This document shows, piece after piece, positions 26,640-39,234 of a stretch of 64,000 nt of DNA. The translations under genes were made by a program, and so were the position numbers. The stretch lies in NCBI RefSeq assembly GCF_963921235.1, contig NC_086097.1, positions 83,082,001 to 83,146,000 of the forward strand, read 5' to 3'. The DNA comes from Mobula hypostoma. Lineage: Eukaryota. The notes below the pieces were generated by a model. It worked only from the letters and a program-made list of their open reading frames with translations, searched no databases and was not told the origin of the DNA. Every line of letters starts with the position of its first letter. Positions within the stretch are counted from its first letter, which is position 1.

Positions 26640-26940
26640 TCACTAAGTCTGCCCGTGCTAACCATCAAACATATTGTACATTTGCAGTATTCCTACACTA
26701 ATCCTTTTTGTTCTCCCACATTGCCATCAAATCCTCCCAGATTCTACCTCATACATAGGCACTCAGTGCATCTGCAATACCCTAGTCACCCAACAGCCAG
26801 CATGGGTTTCTATGTGGGAGAAAACCACAGCACCCAGAAGAAACCCTAGGGTCACAGGTGAATGTGCGAGCTCCACACCAAAACCACTGTTGGTCAGGAG
26901 TGAACTAGTCAGGGACAGCTCCACTATCTGCTATACTGTG
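26640..26940 (-). mobile_element. Degenerate V-type SINE
   Basis: tgtgggagaaaaccacagcacccagaagaaaccc is the reverse of the V core. Confidence 0.55.
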
Positions 26941-27128
26941 AAGGAATAGAATGTGGAAAAATAAGAGGTTGTCCACTTTGGTAGAGAAAAAAAATTGAAT
27001 GGTAAGAGATTGGAAATATTGATGCACCAGGGACCTAATCTCCTTGTACACAGGTACTGAAAGCTAACGTGCGGTAGGGAACAAGGAATGCAGCTGAAAT
27101 TGCTGAAGGATCTGAACAGAAGACTAAG

Positions 27129-27486
27129 GTATTTTACTTACTTACTGCCTGATATGCTGTTGATGTTTAGCGCAGCAATGAAGGCCCCCATCTCTGCCTG
27201 TCCACATAGTCACACACAGATGTAGAAGGATTTTTCAATGCTGCTCCTATAACAATTTTATTTTACGAGTCAGGGCTGTTAGACCTGGGCTGAACCCCCG
27301 AACCTGGAAGACTGGTGGACCACTCTTAGTCTGGCCTCTACCCTTTGACTTGTTTGGCATGGGTGATCCTACCAAGAGCCAAGGCACAAGGCTCTGACTC
27401 CAGCCAAAATAGCTCTCTGTGTCATCGAGGCACACAAGCCTCTAAACTCTACGCCAAGGTTATGGTCCTCTTGGTCCTCTTGGAGG
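27129..27486 (-). mobile_element. Non-autonomous bipartite RTE-derived element
   Basis: Minus strand: RTE-like 5'UTR (ccttggcgtag...ggatcacccatgccaaacaagtcaaagg) joined to a short 3' end with (TAAG)n tail; 11-bp TSD AGAAGACTAAG 27118-27128/27487-27497. Confidence 0.75.
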
Positions 27487-28318
27487 AGAAGACTAAGCAG
27501 CCTTGCACAATAACACCAAGCCTTGATGTGATCACATCTAGAGTACGGTGTATAATTTTGATCTCCTTACCTGAAAAAGAGAGTGCATCTGACTAGTTCC
27601 TGGGATGGCAAGTCTGTCATTTGAGGAGATCAGATTCAGATTGCTTTATGGTGATATACAGCAGGGTGTAAGGCGATTCCTGCTCATGTATACACCGACT
27701 CAAAGAATAAACAGGATACATGGTAATAATAAGTACAATAATAAATATAGTGATGCACACAAAAAAGTGGAATGGTGGAAATTATAGCAGGTAGTGCAAG
27801 AAGAAGAGCCAAGGTTACAGTAACAAGTGAGGTAAAATAAAGGTTTGAGGATATGGCAGCATCTCTGGGAAGTGGATATAAAGGAGGAGATTGGTTCAGA
27901 ATTCTGACAGCACTAGGGAAGAAAGTGTTCTTGAGTTAGGTCACCTCCACTATTAAGCTCCTGTATCCGAGTCTCAATTCTTCAGACTCCAGAAGAATGT
28001 GCATAGAAGATGTTATGTGATGAAATGTTAAAAAAAATCTTAGAGAATTCAACTGGGTAAATACATGAATAATATTTCCCCTGGTTGAAGATTTTAGAAA
28101 TTGGAGTCGCAGTCTTAAATTAAAGGGGGGGGGGGGGTTATTTTGAACTGAATTGAGAAGTTGGAAATCTGGATGGCTGTGGAGGCTCAGTCACTGAATC
28201 TCTTTAAAACTGAGATCAAAGGATTTCTGGACATCAGACAAATCAAGCAATAGGGGTATAAGGCAGAAAAATGATGCTTAAGGTGGAAAATCAGGCCAAG
28301 TTTGAGAGCTAACTGAAA

Positions 28319-28450
28319 CTGATGAAGGGTCTCGGCCTGAAACGTCGACTGTACCTCTTCCTGGAGATGCTGCCTGGCCTGCTGCGTTCACCAGCAACTT
28401 TGATGTGTGTTGCTTGAATTTCCAGCATCTGCAGAATTCCTGTTGCTTGC
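28319..28450 (+). mobile_element. PLE 3'-end fragment beginning at the hammerhead core
   Basis: CTGATGA-AGGGTCTCGGCCT-GAAA-CGTC-GACTG then the tail to ccagcatctgcagaattcctg. Confidence 0.85.
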
Positions 28451-30239
28451 CTTACTTCTACTCCTTTTTTGTGTGTGTGTGGGAAGGGAGGATTGTAAAA
28501 AGTCAGCTGGAAAAAGTGCAGAGTCCAAAGTCAGGGCCAGGCCCACCTTTAAGATAAGTCGAAGATCTGCTGGCTTTGAACTCTACATTCGAGATCACTG
28601 AAACAAAACACAATGTGAAACCTATTACTGTAGACTTCAGAAAATAATTCAAACTAAGCCAACACCTAGTTCATTCTCCAAGTGAATAAGAAGATTCCCT
28701 TTATAAATAGTGTATTTTAAACATTCTTCAAGTTGCACCAAGGAGATCAGCTATTGGTAACAAAGTCCTTAGACAGAATGTTTTGTTTGTGGCACAGCAG
28801 TGTGTTGGCTATGAGCAGCTCAGGTTGAAAGAAACTATGATTTACTTCTTTGCCTTCCCCTCCTACCTTCTCTTCTTCCACTTTCCCCCACCCTCTCCTA
28901 CTCAACAGCTGCATCATGTGATGTTATGGCTACACAGCTTACACCACAAACCTGGAGCCCCTCTTTAATGAGTAGGAAGGCTTCTCCAAAGTGGTCCGAA
29001 CAGGAATCGTTGTGGCTGCGTTTCAACCCCTTGCTCTGCCGCAATGTTTGTGACAACACAGCATCCCATTGTGTGCACAGCTTCTGTGGAGAGGTTGCAT
29101 ACCACATTCAAGAAGCAGGCTGTCAGCAGATAACTGAAGGTACATTGGCCAGAGGCTGCTGTGCGGTTCAGTCCAAACCCAGATGCCCACATCAGGATTG
29201 CGGCCAGGTCACCACCCTCGCCACTCACATGCTGCATGGTGATTGGTCGCAGTTGATCCCCGAGGGGACATGTGGCACCCAGAAGGTGAGCACGTGTGAT
29301 TAAGGGCCCCCTGAGGTGCAGGTGCCTGCAGGGCCACATCATCACTCTGGCTGCAGCTTTCTGAAAAGTGTGAACAAAGTGCAGTTGGCTCTGCCTGAAT
29401 GCAGTGCTTTAGGAACAATGAGTAGCAAACTGTGCCATGATGTTGGCGGAGAACAATAATCTTACACCAGGTAAGGAATATCTAGGAGAGCACTTGGATT
29501 ACCAAGCCTTGAAAGTCTATTGGAACAAAAGTTGATATTGGTGTTCAGCCTGGGCGTGATGGGCCAAAGGGTTGTACGGCTCTACGTTATAAATGTCTGA
29601 GCTCCAAGCTGGCAAGATTGCCATGATCATCTTACAACCAGCAGCATTGCTGCGTTTGCCCGGCTATTTAGTGGGAGTTACATCTGGAGGACATCACGTA
29701 CTGTGGTACAGATGGCCCAATAACATTCCACCACTGAGAGATACACCCTGAAGATCCTGGAGGCAAAAGATCGTACCACATCACTATTGAGGAACAGCAG
29801 CGCTGTTGTTCCTGGTGTGCATTCAAAAATGGAGAGGAATTCAAAAGAAAGGATAGCAACTGCTCACGCTGATGGAGTGGCATGAGAGCAGGAAATGGTT
29901 AAGGCTGGAGAGAGAGGACTGAGGGACCTGGAAAGAATATGGTGCTGGAAGTGTTAACGGGGTGGGGGTTGGGTGGTGAAGCCATTGATTCATTCATCAG
30001 CAAGGACAGTGAATTCACTGGGATATGAGAAGCAAGTGAAGCTCAGAAAGAAAATGTATTGGGAGTCTGGAGCAGCGAAAGGAAAGGAAATCAGAGGTTG
30101 AATTTTAAATAAATAGAGAGTATTGAGAGGTTGCAGATCCAGTAACTAAACAAAGAAACTGAGGTAACTGAGAAGTACATGGCAGGAACCATATAAAAGA
30201 GTAACAAAAGCATGGTAAGGTTTCATTGATGGTGAAATT

Positions 30240-30460
30240 ATTTCATTTATTTAGAGAATCAGCATGGTAACAGGCCCTTCTGGCCCAACGAGCCTGTGCC
30301 ACACAATTACACCCATGTGACCAGTTGACCTACGAACCTATACGTCTTTGGGATGTGGAAGAAAACTGGAACACCCAGAGGGGACCTGTGCGGACACGGA
30401 GAGAACCTTCAAACTCCTTTTGAAACCAGGTCGCTGGCGCTGTAAAGCATTATGCTAACA
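30240..30460 (-). mobile_element. V-type SINE
   Basis: tacgtctttgggatgtggaagaaaactggaacacccagaggggacc is the reverse V core. Confidence 0.7.
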
Positions 30461-30577
30461 GTATCATGAATGCATGGTGCAAGTGGACATGAATGTCCTT
30501 GGTGAGCTAAGTCTAAAGCAGCCGGTGAGTATGGTCAGCTTTTGCAAGGGGTCAGGTTCAGCCTGAATAAGACCAGA

Positions 30578-30690
30578 AGACCATAAGACCTTAAGATATA
30601 GGAACAGGAGTAGGCCATTCGGCCTATCGAGTCTGCACCGCCATTCAATCATGGGCTGATCGAATCCTTTCAGTCATACCCACTCCCCAA
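30578..30690 (-). mobile_element. CR1 extreme 3' end
   Basis: (agaccata)n tail and ggaacaggagtaggccattcggcc. Confidence 0.7.
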
Positions 30691-30719
30691 TTAGCAGTTT
30701 ATAGCAAAAACTGAGAATT

Positions 30720-30985
30720 TTGTTTTTGAGATACAGCATGGAACGGACCCTTTCAGCCCTTTGAGCTGCACCACTCAGCAATCCCCGATTTACGCCGCTC
30801 CTAATCACAGGACAACTTACAATGACCAATGAACCTACCAACCAGTACGCCTTTGGACTGTGGGAGGAAACCAGAGCCCCCTGGGGGAATCCCACGCTGT
30901 CACGGGGCGAACTCCTTTCAGGCAGCGGTGGGAAATGATCCCAAGTCACAGGTCCGGAAAGAGTTGTGCTATCCACTGCATTATT
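30720..30985 (-). mobile_element. V-type SINE (HE1-like)
   Basis: tacgcctttggactgtgggaggaaaccagagccccctgggggaatcccacgc; similar to the reverse of 9052-9341. Confidence 0.8.
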
Positions 30986-30990
30986 GCCAG

Positions 30991-31113
30991 CACGAGGAAA
31001 TCTGCAGATGCTGGAGATCTTGACGAAGGGTCTCGGCCCAAAACGTCGACCGTACTTCTTCCTATAGATGCTACCTGGCCTGCTGCATTCACCAGCAACT
31101 TTTATATGTGTTC
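30991..31113. mobile_element. Mini inverted PLE insertion with degenerate hammerhead
   Basis: Reverse tail (30991-31018) then sense TTGACGA..AAAACGTCGAC; 15-bp TSD cattattgccagcac / cattactgccagcac. Confidence 0.8.
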
Positions 31114-33097
31114 CATTACTGCCAGCACTGTTTTCACTTTGAAAGATATTTTGACCCAACAATGATGATAACTCATGAGTACAGAGGTCATTATAGATTA
31201 GGAATAAATAGTAAGCATGCAGAATCTCACCTTATGAGGTAATATTACCAAGGGAGAGTATACACGTGGTGATGAGAAGGAATAGGTCTGTGGACTTTAG
31301 AAGTAACAGCGCAGAATGGGAAAGGAAATTATTGTTCTCGATATAGCTACTGCTGTTGAACAAATAGGAGCAGAACTATGAATTGAATACCAAAAAGTGA
31401 GACCAGAGGATTCAGAAAGAATAAATGAAATGGAACAGATTGCATTCTAACATATCATTGACTTGGATGAGCAGGAAATTAGTGCTTGATGTCATAATCT
31501 AAGAATGCTTAGTGTAACCAGCCATTACAAACAGCCGGCAGTGAAAATATGCTTTCAATTAAAGCAAAGATTCTTTTCTTTTGTAAACAATAGGAGAAAT
31601 GGAAATACAGTTGCATTTGCGAAGCTGTTTAACTGAATTCATTATAGTCCTGCCAGAAGTAAATAGTAATCATGGGCTTTTATCTTTTTGTGTATTGATA
31701 AAAGAATGCTTGCATACAGCTGAAGCTTATGTGTACGCTTTTGCAGATCTGCCTATTCCATAAAAGAGTAGAATTTGATGAAGCAGAATGCACCACAATA
31801 ACTTCTTTTTTTAAATTTATTCTTTCTCCTGCACACTTCAACAAATCCATTTGTGCCCTAGCTTTCGCAAAGTCTGTTCTGATAATGAGCAGGTCAAGGG
31901 CCTCAGGGAAGGAGAGAGGGATTTAATAGGATATTGCTAGGGCTGGAGAATTTTAGTTATGAAGAATGATTATCTGACTAGTTTTCCAAGGATTTTCAGA
32001 GACCCATGTTATTTTCAAGGCTTCTCTGTGAAGCAATGTCTTTGTTGACCACAGTTCGTTGAGATAAGCAACCTCATGCGACCTTTACAGCTTCCTGCAC
32101 ATGCCAAAAACTGCCTTCACGCTTCATGTCAAAATCTCCGCCACTCTCTGCTTCCCAGCTTCAGGATCATTCCAGGCCATAAAAGCTCATCTCTATCAAA
32201 TCTCAACTGCCTTAAGGAGATCATCCAAGCTCTATACTCAATGAAAGAAAATTTCATCTACTTTTTTGACACCCCCAGAAGCCAATGCAGATAACATATC
32301 TGCCTGCTTTCATATTTGCCTGTATTGCAGGCTTCCCCAAAGTATAAGCGGAAAAGACATGATAATTTCACTCCTAGCTGAGAGCAAGCTTCTGCCAGGA
32401 ATGCCTAGATGCTGCCTTTGTTTAGCATTCATGCCATACAATGCTGTTTCAACACTCGCAAATTAATCCTCTAAAAGGGCTAGCCCATTTGCAAATTAAT
32501 TGCAGTGTGCGCTATTCATCTGCCTCCATTTTTTAGCAAGTTCCTCATTGTTAATCTCCAAAATGATTGAATTTTCCTATTCAAAGTTATGCACAAAATG
32601 TTGCAAGAATACAGCTGAAGAATGCTTTCATTATTTCAGGTCCAAATGAAGCACGCTCATTGGAAAGTGTGGGGTGGTATTGATTGAAAGTAAATGCAAT
32701 GGAAGTTAGTCTGCTTTGAATGTGGTTAGCACTTACACTATTTTGTCTTTTATTAGTTTCTCATACTGCCATCAGCTCCTCCCAAAATCTGATTGTTGCA
32801 AGGAATAATGATCAATGAGTTTTCATTCAAATTCTCTCCTTAATGTTTGACTTTTAAAGGGAACTGAAATCAAAAATACAATAGATATAGAAGCAGCATT
32901 AAGGCACGGACTAGTATTACTTTCTCTGCAGGATGCTGTCCAACCAGGTAACCATTACCCTCAACGCAGGTCTACAATGGTGAAACCATAGAATAGATAA
33001 ACCAAAAAGGTTAAGGCTAAGATTCATTTATTTATCGCATGTACATCAAAGCATACAGTGAAAGGCATTGTTTGTGTTAACAACCAACACAACCAAA

Positions 33098-33823
33098 ACA
33101 ACACACATCAAAGTTGCTGGTGAACGCAGCAGGCCAGGCAGCATCTCTAGGAAGAGGTACAGTCGACATTTCAGGCCAAGACCCTTCGTCAGGACTAACT
33201 GAAGGAAGAGTGAGTAAGAGATTTGAAAGTGGGAGGGGGAGGGGGAGATCCAAAATGATAGGAGAAGACAGGAGGGGGAGGGATGAAGCCAAGAGATGGA
33301 CAGGTGATTGGCAAAAGGGATATGAGAGGATCATGGGACAGGAGGCCCAGGGAGAAGGAAAAGGGGGAGGGGGGGAAACCCAGAGGATGGGCAAGGGGTA
33401 TAGTCAGAGGGACAGAGGGAGAAAAAGGAGAGAGAGAGAGAGAGAAAGAATGTGTGTATATAAATAAGTAACCGATGGGGTACGAGGGGGAGAAGGGGCA
33501 TTCCCCCCACCCCCTTTTCCTTCTCCCTGGGCCTCCTGTCCCATGACCCTCTCATATCCCTTTTGCCAATCACCTGTCCAGCTCTTGGCTCCATCCCTCC
33601 CCCTCCTGTCTTCTCCTAACATTTCGGATCTCCCCCTCCCCCTCCCACTTTCAAATCTCTTACTAACTCTTCTTTCAGTTAATCCTGATGAAGGGTCTCG
33701 GCCCGAAACATCGACTGCACCTCTTCCTAGAGATGCTGCCTGGCCTGCTGCGTTCTCCAGCAACTTTGATGTGTGTTGCTTGAATTTCCAGCATCTGCAG
33801 AATTCCTCATGTTTACATTTTTA
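33098..33823. mobile_element. Inverted (hairpin) PLE pLTR pair with two hammerhead motifs
   Basis: Arms 33099-33377 and 33501-33778; 12-bp TSD AACACAACCAAA 33086-33097/33824-33835. Confidence 0.92.
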
Positions 33824-35460
33824 AACACAACCAAAGGATGTGCTGGGTGCAGCCCACATGTGTTGCACACCTTCCAGCACCAACATAGCACACCCATGAT
33901 GTTTGGTGAACAATGCAAGCAACAGCAACGAAACAAAAACCACAATGGTAAAACAAGCCCCTCTCCTGAAGGTCACCAGCCCTTGTCCATGGGGCCCCCT
34001 ACCTCGGTCATTCGCTGCAGGGATCACTGGGCTTTGTCCACAGCGCTTGCTGACTCGACCTCCATCCAAAGTGCTCACTAGTCTTCGACCACAAGAGTGC
34101 TGTGAACTGGACTCCGGTCTGATCCTTAATTCCCCCTCAGCCACACCCTTAACCCTAACCTGACCCCTAATTCCCTCTCTGTCCCCAAAACCATCCCTAC
34201 AAAGCAAAGAGAAAATAACTGAGTCTGAGCCATGTCTTAACAAATTTTCCAAATCATCTGTAATTTGAGACATATACTGTGGGTAGGATTCCTTTCAGAA
34301 GAGCAGTGTGAGCTGCCTTAATGACTATCGTCCAGTAGCACTCACATCTACGGTGAAGAAATGCTTTGTGAAGTTGGTCATGGCAAGAATGAACTCCTGT
34401 CTCTGGAAGGACTTGGATCCACTGCAATTCGCCTGTTGCCACAATAGGTCTACTGCAGATGCGATCTCAATAGCATTCCTGGACAATGCAAATACCTATG
34501 TCAGGATGCTGTTTATTAACCTTAGCTCAGCATATAACACCATCATTCCATCATTCTAATGGAAACGCTACAGAACATGAGCCTCTGTACCTCCCTCTGC
34601 AACTGGATCCTCGACTTTCTAACCAGAAAACCACAATCTGTGCAGATCAGAAATAACATCACCTCACTGACAATCAACACTGGTGTACCTCAGGGATGGT
34701 GCTTAGCCACTGCTCTACTCACTGTATCCATGACTGTGTGGCTAGGCATAATGCAAATGCCATCTATAAATTTGCTGATGATACAACCATTGTTGGTAGA
34801 ATCTTATATGGAGATGAGAGGACATACAGGAGAGAGAAATACCAGCTAGTTGAGTGGTGTTACAGCAACAACACTGCACTCAACATCAGTAAGACCAAAG
34901 AGCTGATTGTGGACTTTAGAAAGGATAAGAAGAGGGAACACAAACCAATCCTCATAGAGGGATCAGAAGTGGCGAGAGTGAGCAATTTCAAGTTCCTGGG
35001 TGTCAAGATCTCTGAGGACCTAAACTAAATGCAACATACTGATGCAGCTGTAAAAGGGCAAGACAGCGGCTATATCTCATTAGTAGTTTGTGTAGATTTG
35101 GTTTGTCAACTAAAACATCAAAAACTTTTACAAATGTACCCTGGACGGCATTCTGACTAACTGCATTACTGTCTGGTATGGGGTGGGGGGTGGCTAATGC
35201 ACAAGATCGAAGTAAGTGCAGAAGATTGTAAAATTAGTCAGTTCCATCATGGGTATTTGTTGTAAGTGAGGAAACAGATTCAATAGGTCTTAAAGGCGAG
35301 GACTCTGGACACAGTCTTGGTAGTAAAGGATTATATTTACAGAAGGCAAATGTGGGAAAATGGCAACAGAAGCAACACGCACATGCACACAATTTACAGC
35401 AGTCGGATCAGCAATAAGACACACACGGACAATTAATAAAATGACCTGGGAACAAAGTAC

Positions 35461-35461
35461 A

Positions 35462-35500
<39 letters not shown>
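35461..35500. repeat. (CA)n microsatellite
   Basis: Direct CA run. Confidence 0.95.
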
Positions 35501-35502
<2 letters not shown>

Positions 35503-35674
35503 CCAAGGGAAAAGTCAATATGATACCCGACACCCTTGACTCTGTGCGGGCTGTTATGATACCAGGGGCAATACCCATACCCCTAACCCTATTCAATACA
35601 CAACTCACCAACGGCAGGGTGGTCCCTCGGAGGTAGCAAAAAAGAGAGAAGGTCAAGCACATGTGGCTTCCTTC

Positions 35675-36400
35675 CACATCCCTGCTGCTACAATTCGTTT
35701 TCTCATGTTACTAGATATTGTCCAACATTCTGAGCCATATAACATAACTGGATAAATGTAACATTTCAGTACTCTGAGGCAGGTTGTCATGCCTAGTTTA
35801 GTGTTGGTCAGTGTACTCTTCATTCTCATAAAGGTGTCTTTAGCCATCCCTATTCTTCTTTTGATGTCCAAGTCGCACCTGCCATCTGATGTCACCCAGC
35901 TTCCTAAGTAGCAAAAGTTCTGTACTTGTTTTATGTCTTCTCCATTTATTCTCAGCCTGCAGATAGGATTCTCCTTCTTTTTTGATATCACCATACATTC
36001 TGCTTTTTTGCACTTTCTACAACAATTATATCAATTAAGTTTTGTAGTTCTTCCTCCGTACTTGCGATTAACATAGTGTCATCTGCATATCTGAAATTAT
36101 TGATGTTTTCACCACCAACTTTGATTCCCAAGACGTCTCTTATTTTTTGTAATATTGTTTCACTGTACACATTAAATAAATCAGGGGAGAAAACATACCC
36201 TTGTCTAATGCCTCTCTTGATTTTCGTAAACTGACTCACTTCGCCATCTATTCTTACAGCTGCAGTTTGCTCCCAGTACAGATTTCTGATTAGGCGGAGG
36301 TCTTTCGAATCTAGATCTAGAGTTTCCTGTAATATTTCAAATAACTTATTGTGCTTCACTTTATCAAATGCTTTTGTGTAGTCGATAAAACAAACAAATC
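35675..36400 (-). mobile_element. RTE-clade LINE RT fragment
   Basis: CFIDYTKAFDKVKH, IKRGIRQGYVFSPDLFNVYSE, NNFRYADDTMLIA, FCYLGSWVTSDG, YPVMLYGSECW. Confidence 0.92.
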
Positions 36401-36479
36401 TTTGTGCACTTGAATAGCTTGTTCTGATAATATCCTTAACATCAATATTGTGTTTCTTGTACCTTTGTCTTTCACAAAA

Positions 36480-37120
36480 CCACATTGTTCTTTTTAAAAA
36501 TGATAAATATAGAAAAATAAATAATATAAATGAACTACAGTATGTGTATATATAGTAGTGCAAAAGAATATGCTGTGTATATATATAAAATTGTTAAATT
36601 AAGAATAATTGTGCAAAAAATGAAATAACAAACCAAGTGAGATAGTGTTCATGGGTTCAACGTCCATTTAGAAATTGGATGTCGGTGGGAAGAAGCTGTT
36701 CATGAATCACAAAATGTGTGTCTTCAGATTTCTGTACCTCTTCCACATGGTAACAATAAGAAGAAGGCAGATCCTGGGTGATGGTGGTCCTTAATAATGG
36801 AAGCTGACTTTCTGAGGCACTGCTCCTTGAAGATGTCGTGGATACGACAGAGGGTAGTACCCATGATGGAGCTGACGAATTTTCCAACTTTCCATAGCTT
36901 CATTCGATCCCGTGGCCACATCTCCCTTTCCCCATACCTGACGGTGACGCAGCCTGTCAGAATGCTCTACATGGTACATCTGTAGAAGTTTCTGAGTGCA
37001 TTAGGTGACAAACCAAATCTCCTGATGAAATATAGCTGCTGTCTTGCCTTCTTTATAGCTGCATCAATATGTTGGGACCAGGTTAAATCCTCAGAGATAC
37101 GGACACCCAGGAACTTGGAA
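36480..37120 (-). mobile_element. Rex1/Babar 3' fragment
   Basis: CLRKSASIIKDHHHPGSAFFLLLPCGR; IQFLNG*. Confidence 0.85.
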
Positions 37121-37799
37121 CTTGGTATGTCTTCGTAGTACCCAAGACATCTTCAAGGAGCGGTACCTTAGGAAGGCAGCATCCATCATTTCGTACCCCC
37201 ACCACCCAGGGCATGCAGTCTTCTCATTGTTCCCACTGGGAAGGAGGTGCAGGAGCCTGATGACACACACTCAGCGATTCAGGAACAACTTCTCCCCTTC
37301 TGCCATCCAATTTCTAAATGGACATTGAACCAATGAACACTACTTCACTACTTTATTATTTCTGGTGTTTTTGCACCTAACTATTTAATGGACATATATA
37401 TACTTACTGCAATTCAGATTTTTTTCTATACATCTACCTATCATGTATTTAATTGTACTGCTGCCATAGGGTTAACAAATTTCATGACCTATGCCAGTAA
37501 TATTAAACTTGATTCTGATACTGATACACTTTGTGGATTAGTGCTCAATACTTCTCCATACCAGATTACTCATAAATTTGATTCCAAAATAAAAGATAAA
37601 TTGTCTGTGTCCCTCAGTCTAGAACTGTAATTGTATGCACTTAGCTTTTTATACAGCTTTGGAAATGTTTACAGTTCTGTGTGTGTGTGTGCATCATACA
37701 CCATCAACAATATGCTACTTTGATAGATAACAAGAGTCTAGTAATAAAACAGTTGTGTTCCTAGAACCACGACTAAGAACCTGACAATTTGGCTCAGGT

Positions 37800-38110
37800 T
37801 CCCTGTGCATTTTATCAGAGGCTGATACATTTATGGTCCTTTGAATTTATGTTCTAAAATCCTTGCTTCCAAATCTGCCCCATAACTTTTCATCCCTCAC
37901 CACCTCCAGCCCTCGACTGTTCTTTCTCTTCCAGTTCCCCTTGTAATTATCTATATTTCAGAATTCTACCATTGGGGTCTTAAGCTGCCAGTCTCAAGGT
38001 GCAGAATTCATTCGTTATAACTCTGACTCCTTCCAATTCTTTTCTCCTGTAAGGACGCACATTAAAATCTCCCTCAACTTTTGATCATCTGTGGTGTGAC
38101 ATCAAATTTT
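37800..38110 (+). mobile_element. Ancient L2-like 3' fragment
   Basis: Degenerate taaaatccttgct...acctccagcc...ctcctgtaaggacgcacattaaaa; resembles 61270-61570. Confidence 0.4.
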
Positions 38111-39234
38111 ATTTGATGCCTTGGGTCAATTCTGTTACCACCTCAAAGAAAGTTGTGTTTATTGAGAAATACTCTCACTGCAGATCTAGTCTTTTTTTTA
38201 CTGGGATGAAATAATTGCTGTTTACCTTAAGGTTTTGTTAGCTAGTCAAATAAACATTGTGTATTGATTTTGAATTTTGATGAAGTCATCTGGAGCAGCT
38301 TTTTTAATGAGGTAATTCATTCCTCATTTTTTCAGTATTAGTAACTATTTACTGAAGAGATCATGTTGGTAGGAAAAGCTAAATAGTATCAGAGTATTTG
38401 AGTAAGATGTTCAGGATTAAAAAAATAAGCAAGGATAGACAACAAAATACAACTTTCTTGGCAGCTGAGTTGCAATGTAAGTATTTCTTTTAATAAAGAG
38501 GTTCTATGATGTCAATGCAATAGTGTTGAACATTATTGAACTGTGGTGTTGAGTATTTTGAATGGAATGTTGCCCATGCAGGAGATTTATAACAATGCAA
38601 TGCATTAAAACTCTTTTTTAAAGTCAGAGTAGGTTTACCTTTGCCAGCATTTAAGGAAGTAGTTAAAAGTTTATGTTGCATCGTTCTAGATTTGCAATCA
38701 TATAAAGCATGAAGACAATGTAAAAAAATATATGGGACAATTACATCACCAGATGGAAATAAAGACACTATGGGTTAACCCGGTGTGGGTTCAGGATCTT
38801 GCAATCTATAATGGCCAATCACTTGAGGCCAAGAGGGCATCTTCTCACCAAGGCATGAGAATAGCAAGGGTCAACAGCACAACATTTGTTTTTACTGCAT
38901 AGGTAATGGTAAGTCACTCTGCCTCAAGCATTTTCAGAAAATACGGTGTCTTCGTGGAACTTCACACTTGAAATACTTCCTTGCTGGCTCACATCTGAGT
39001 GAAAAGTGGGCCAGCAGCACACTGGAGAGGAAATAAGGGCTAGTCAGTCAGTGTCCTCAGTGACTCACCTGAGTCCATCTTCTGTTCCACAATAACAGAC
39101 ACAACCCATTTTGCTACCTCTCCGGGCTAACTGGAAGGTTATTCATCTTGTTCATCTGCCTTCCTGCACATGCTTTTTAAAACAGAAATCCAGTGCAGAT
39201 GTTTAGTACAGTGAAGTGTAGTTGCCACTATTTA

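Larger units (their letters stand above)
26945..28465 (+). mobile_element. Old CR1 3' region, interrupted by several insertions
   Basis: aatgtggaaaaataagaggttgtccactttggtag ... gctgtggaggctcagtcactg ... cttacttctactcc. Confidence 0.55.
34270..37525 (+). mobile_element. Rex1/Babar LINE (34270-35256 and 37124-37525) split by a nested stack
   Basis: [49 protein letters not shown]-terminal RKAASIISYPHHPGH...SAIQFLN resumes at 37124. Confidence 0.85.

Noticed and set aside
28880..29450. GC-richer Cys/His-containing ORFs
   Set aside because: Possibly a decayed Tx1-like C-terminus (CPHQDCG...H), but too degenerate to call; no exon signals
33077..33824. Overlapping ORFs on both strands (also at 25995-26469)
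   Set aside because: Stop-poor purine/pyrimidine-biased PLE 3'UTR read in several frames
36560..37525. Apparent inverted duplication of Rex1 3' ends
   Set aside because: Better explained as the 34270 Rex1 resuming at 37124 next to an independent antisense copy
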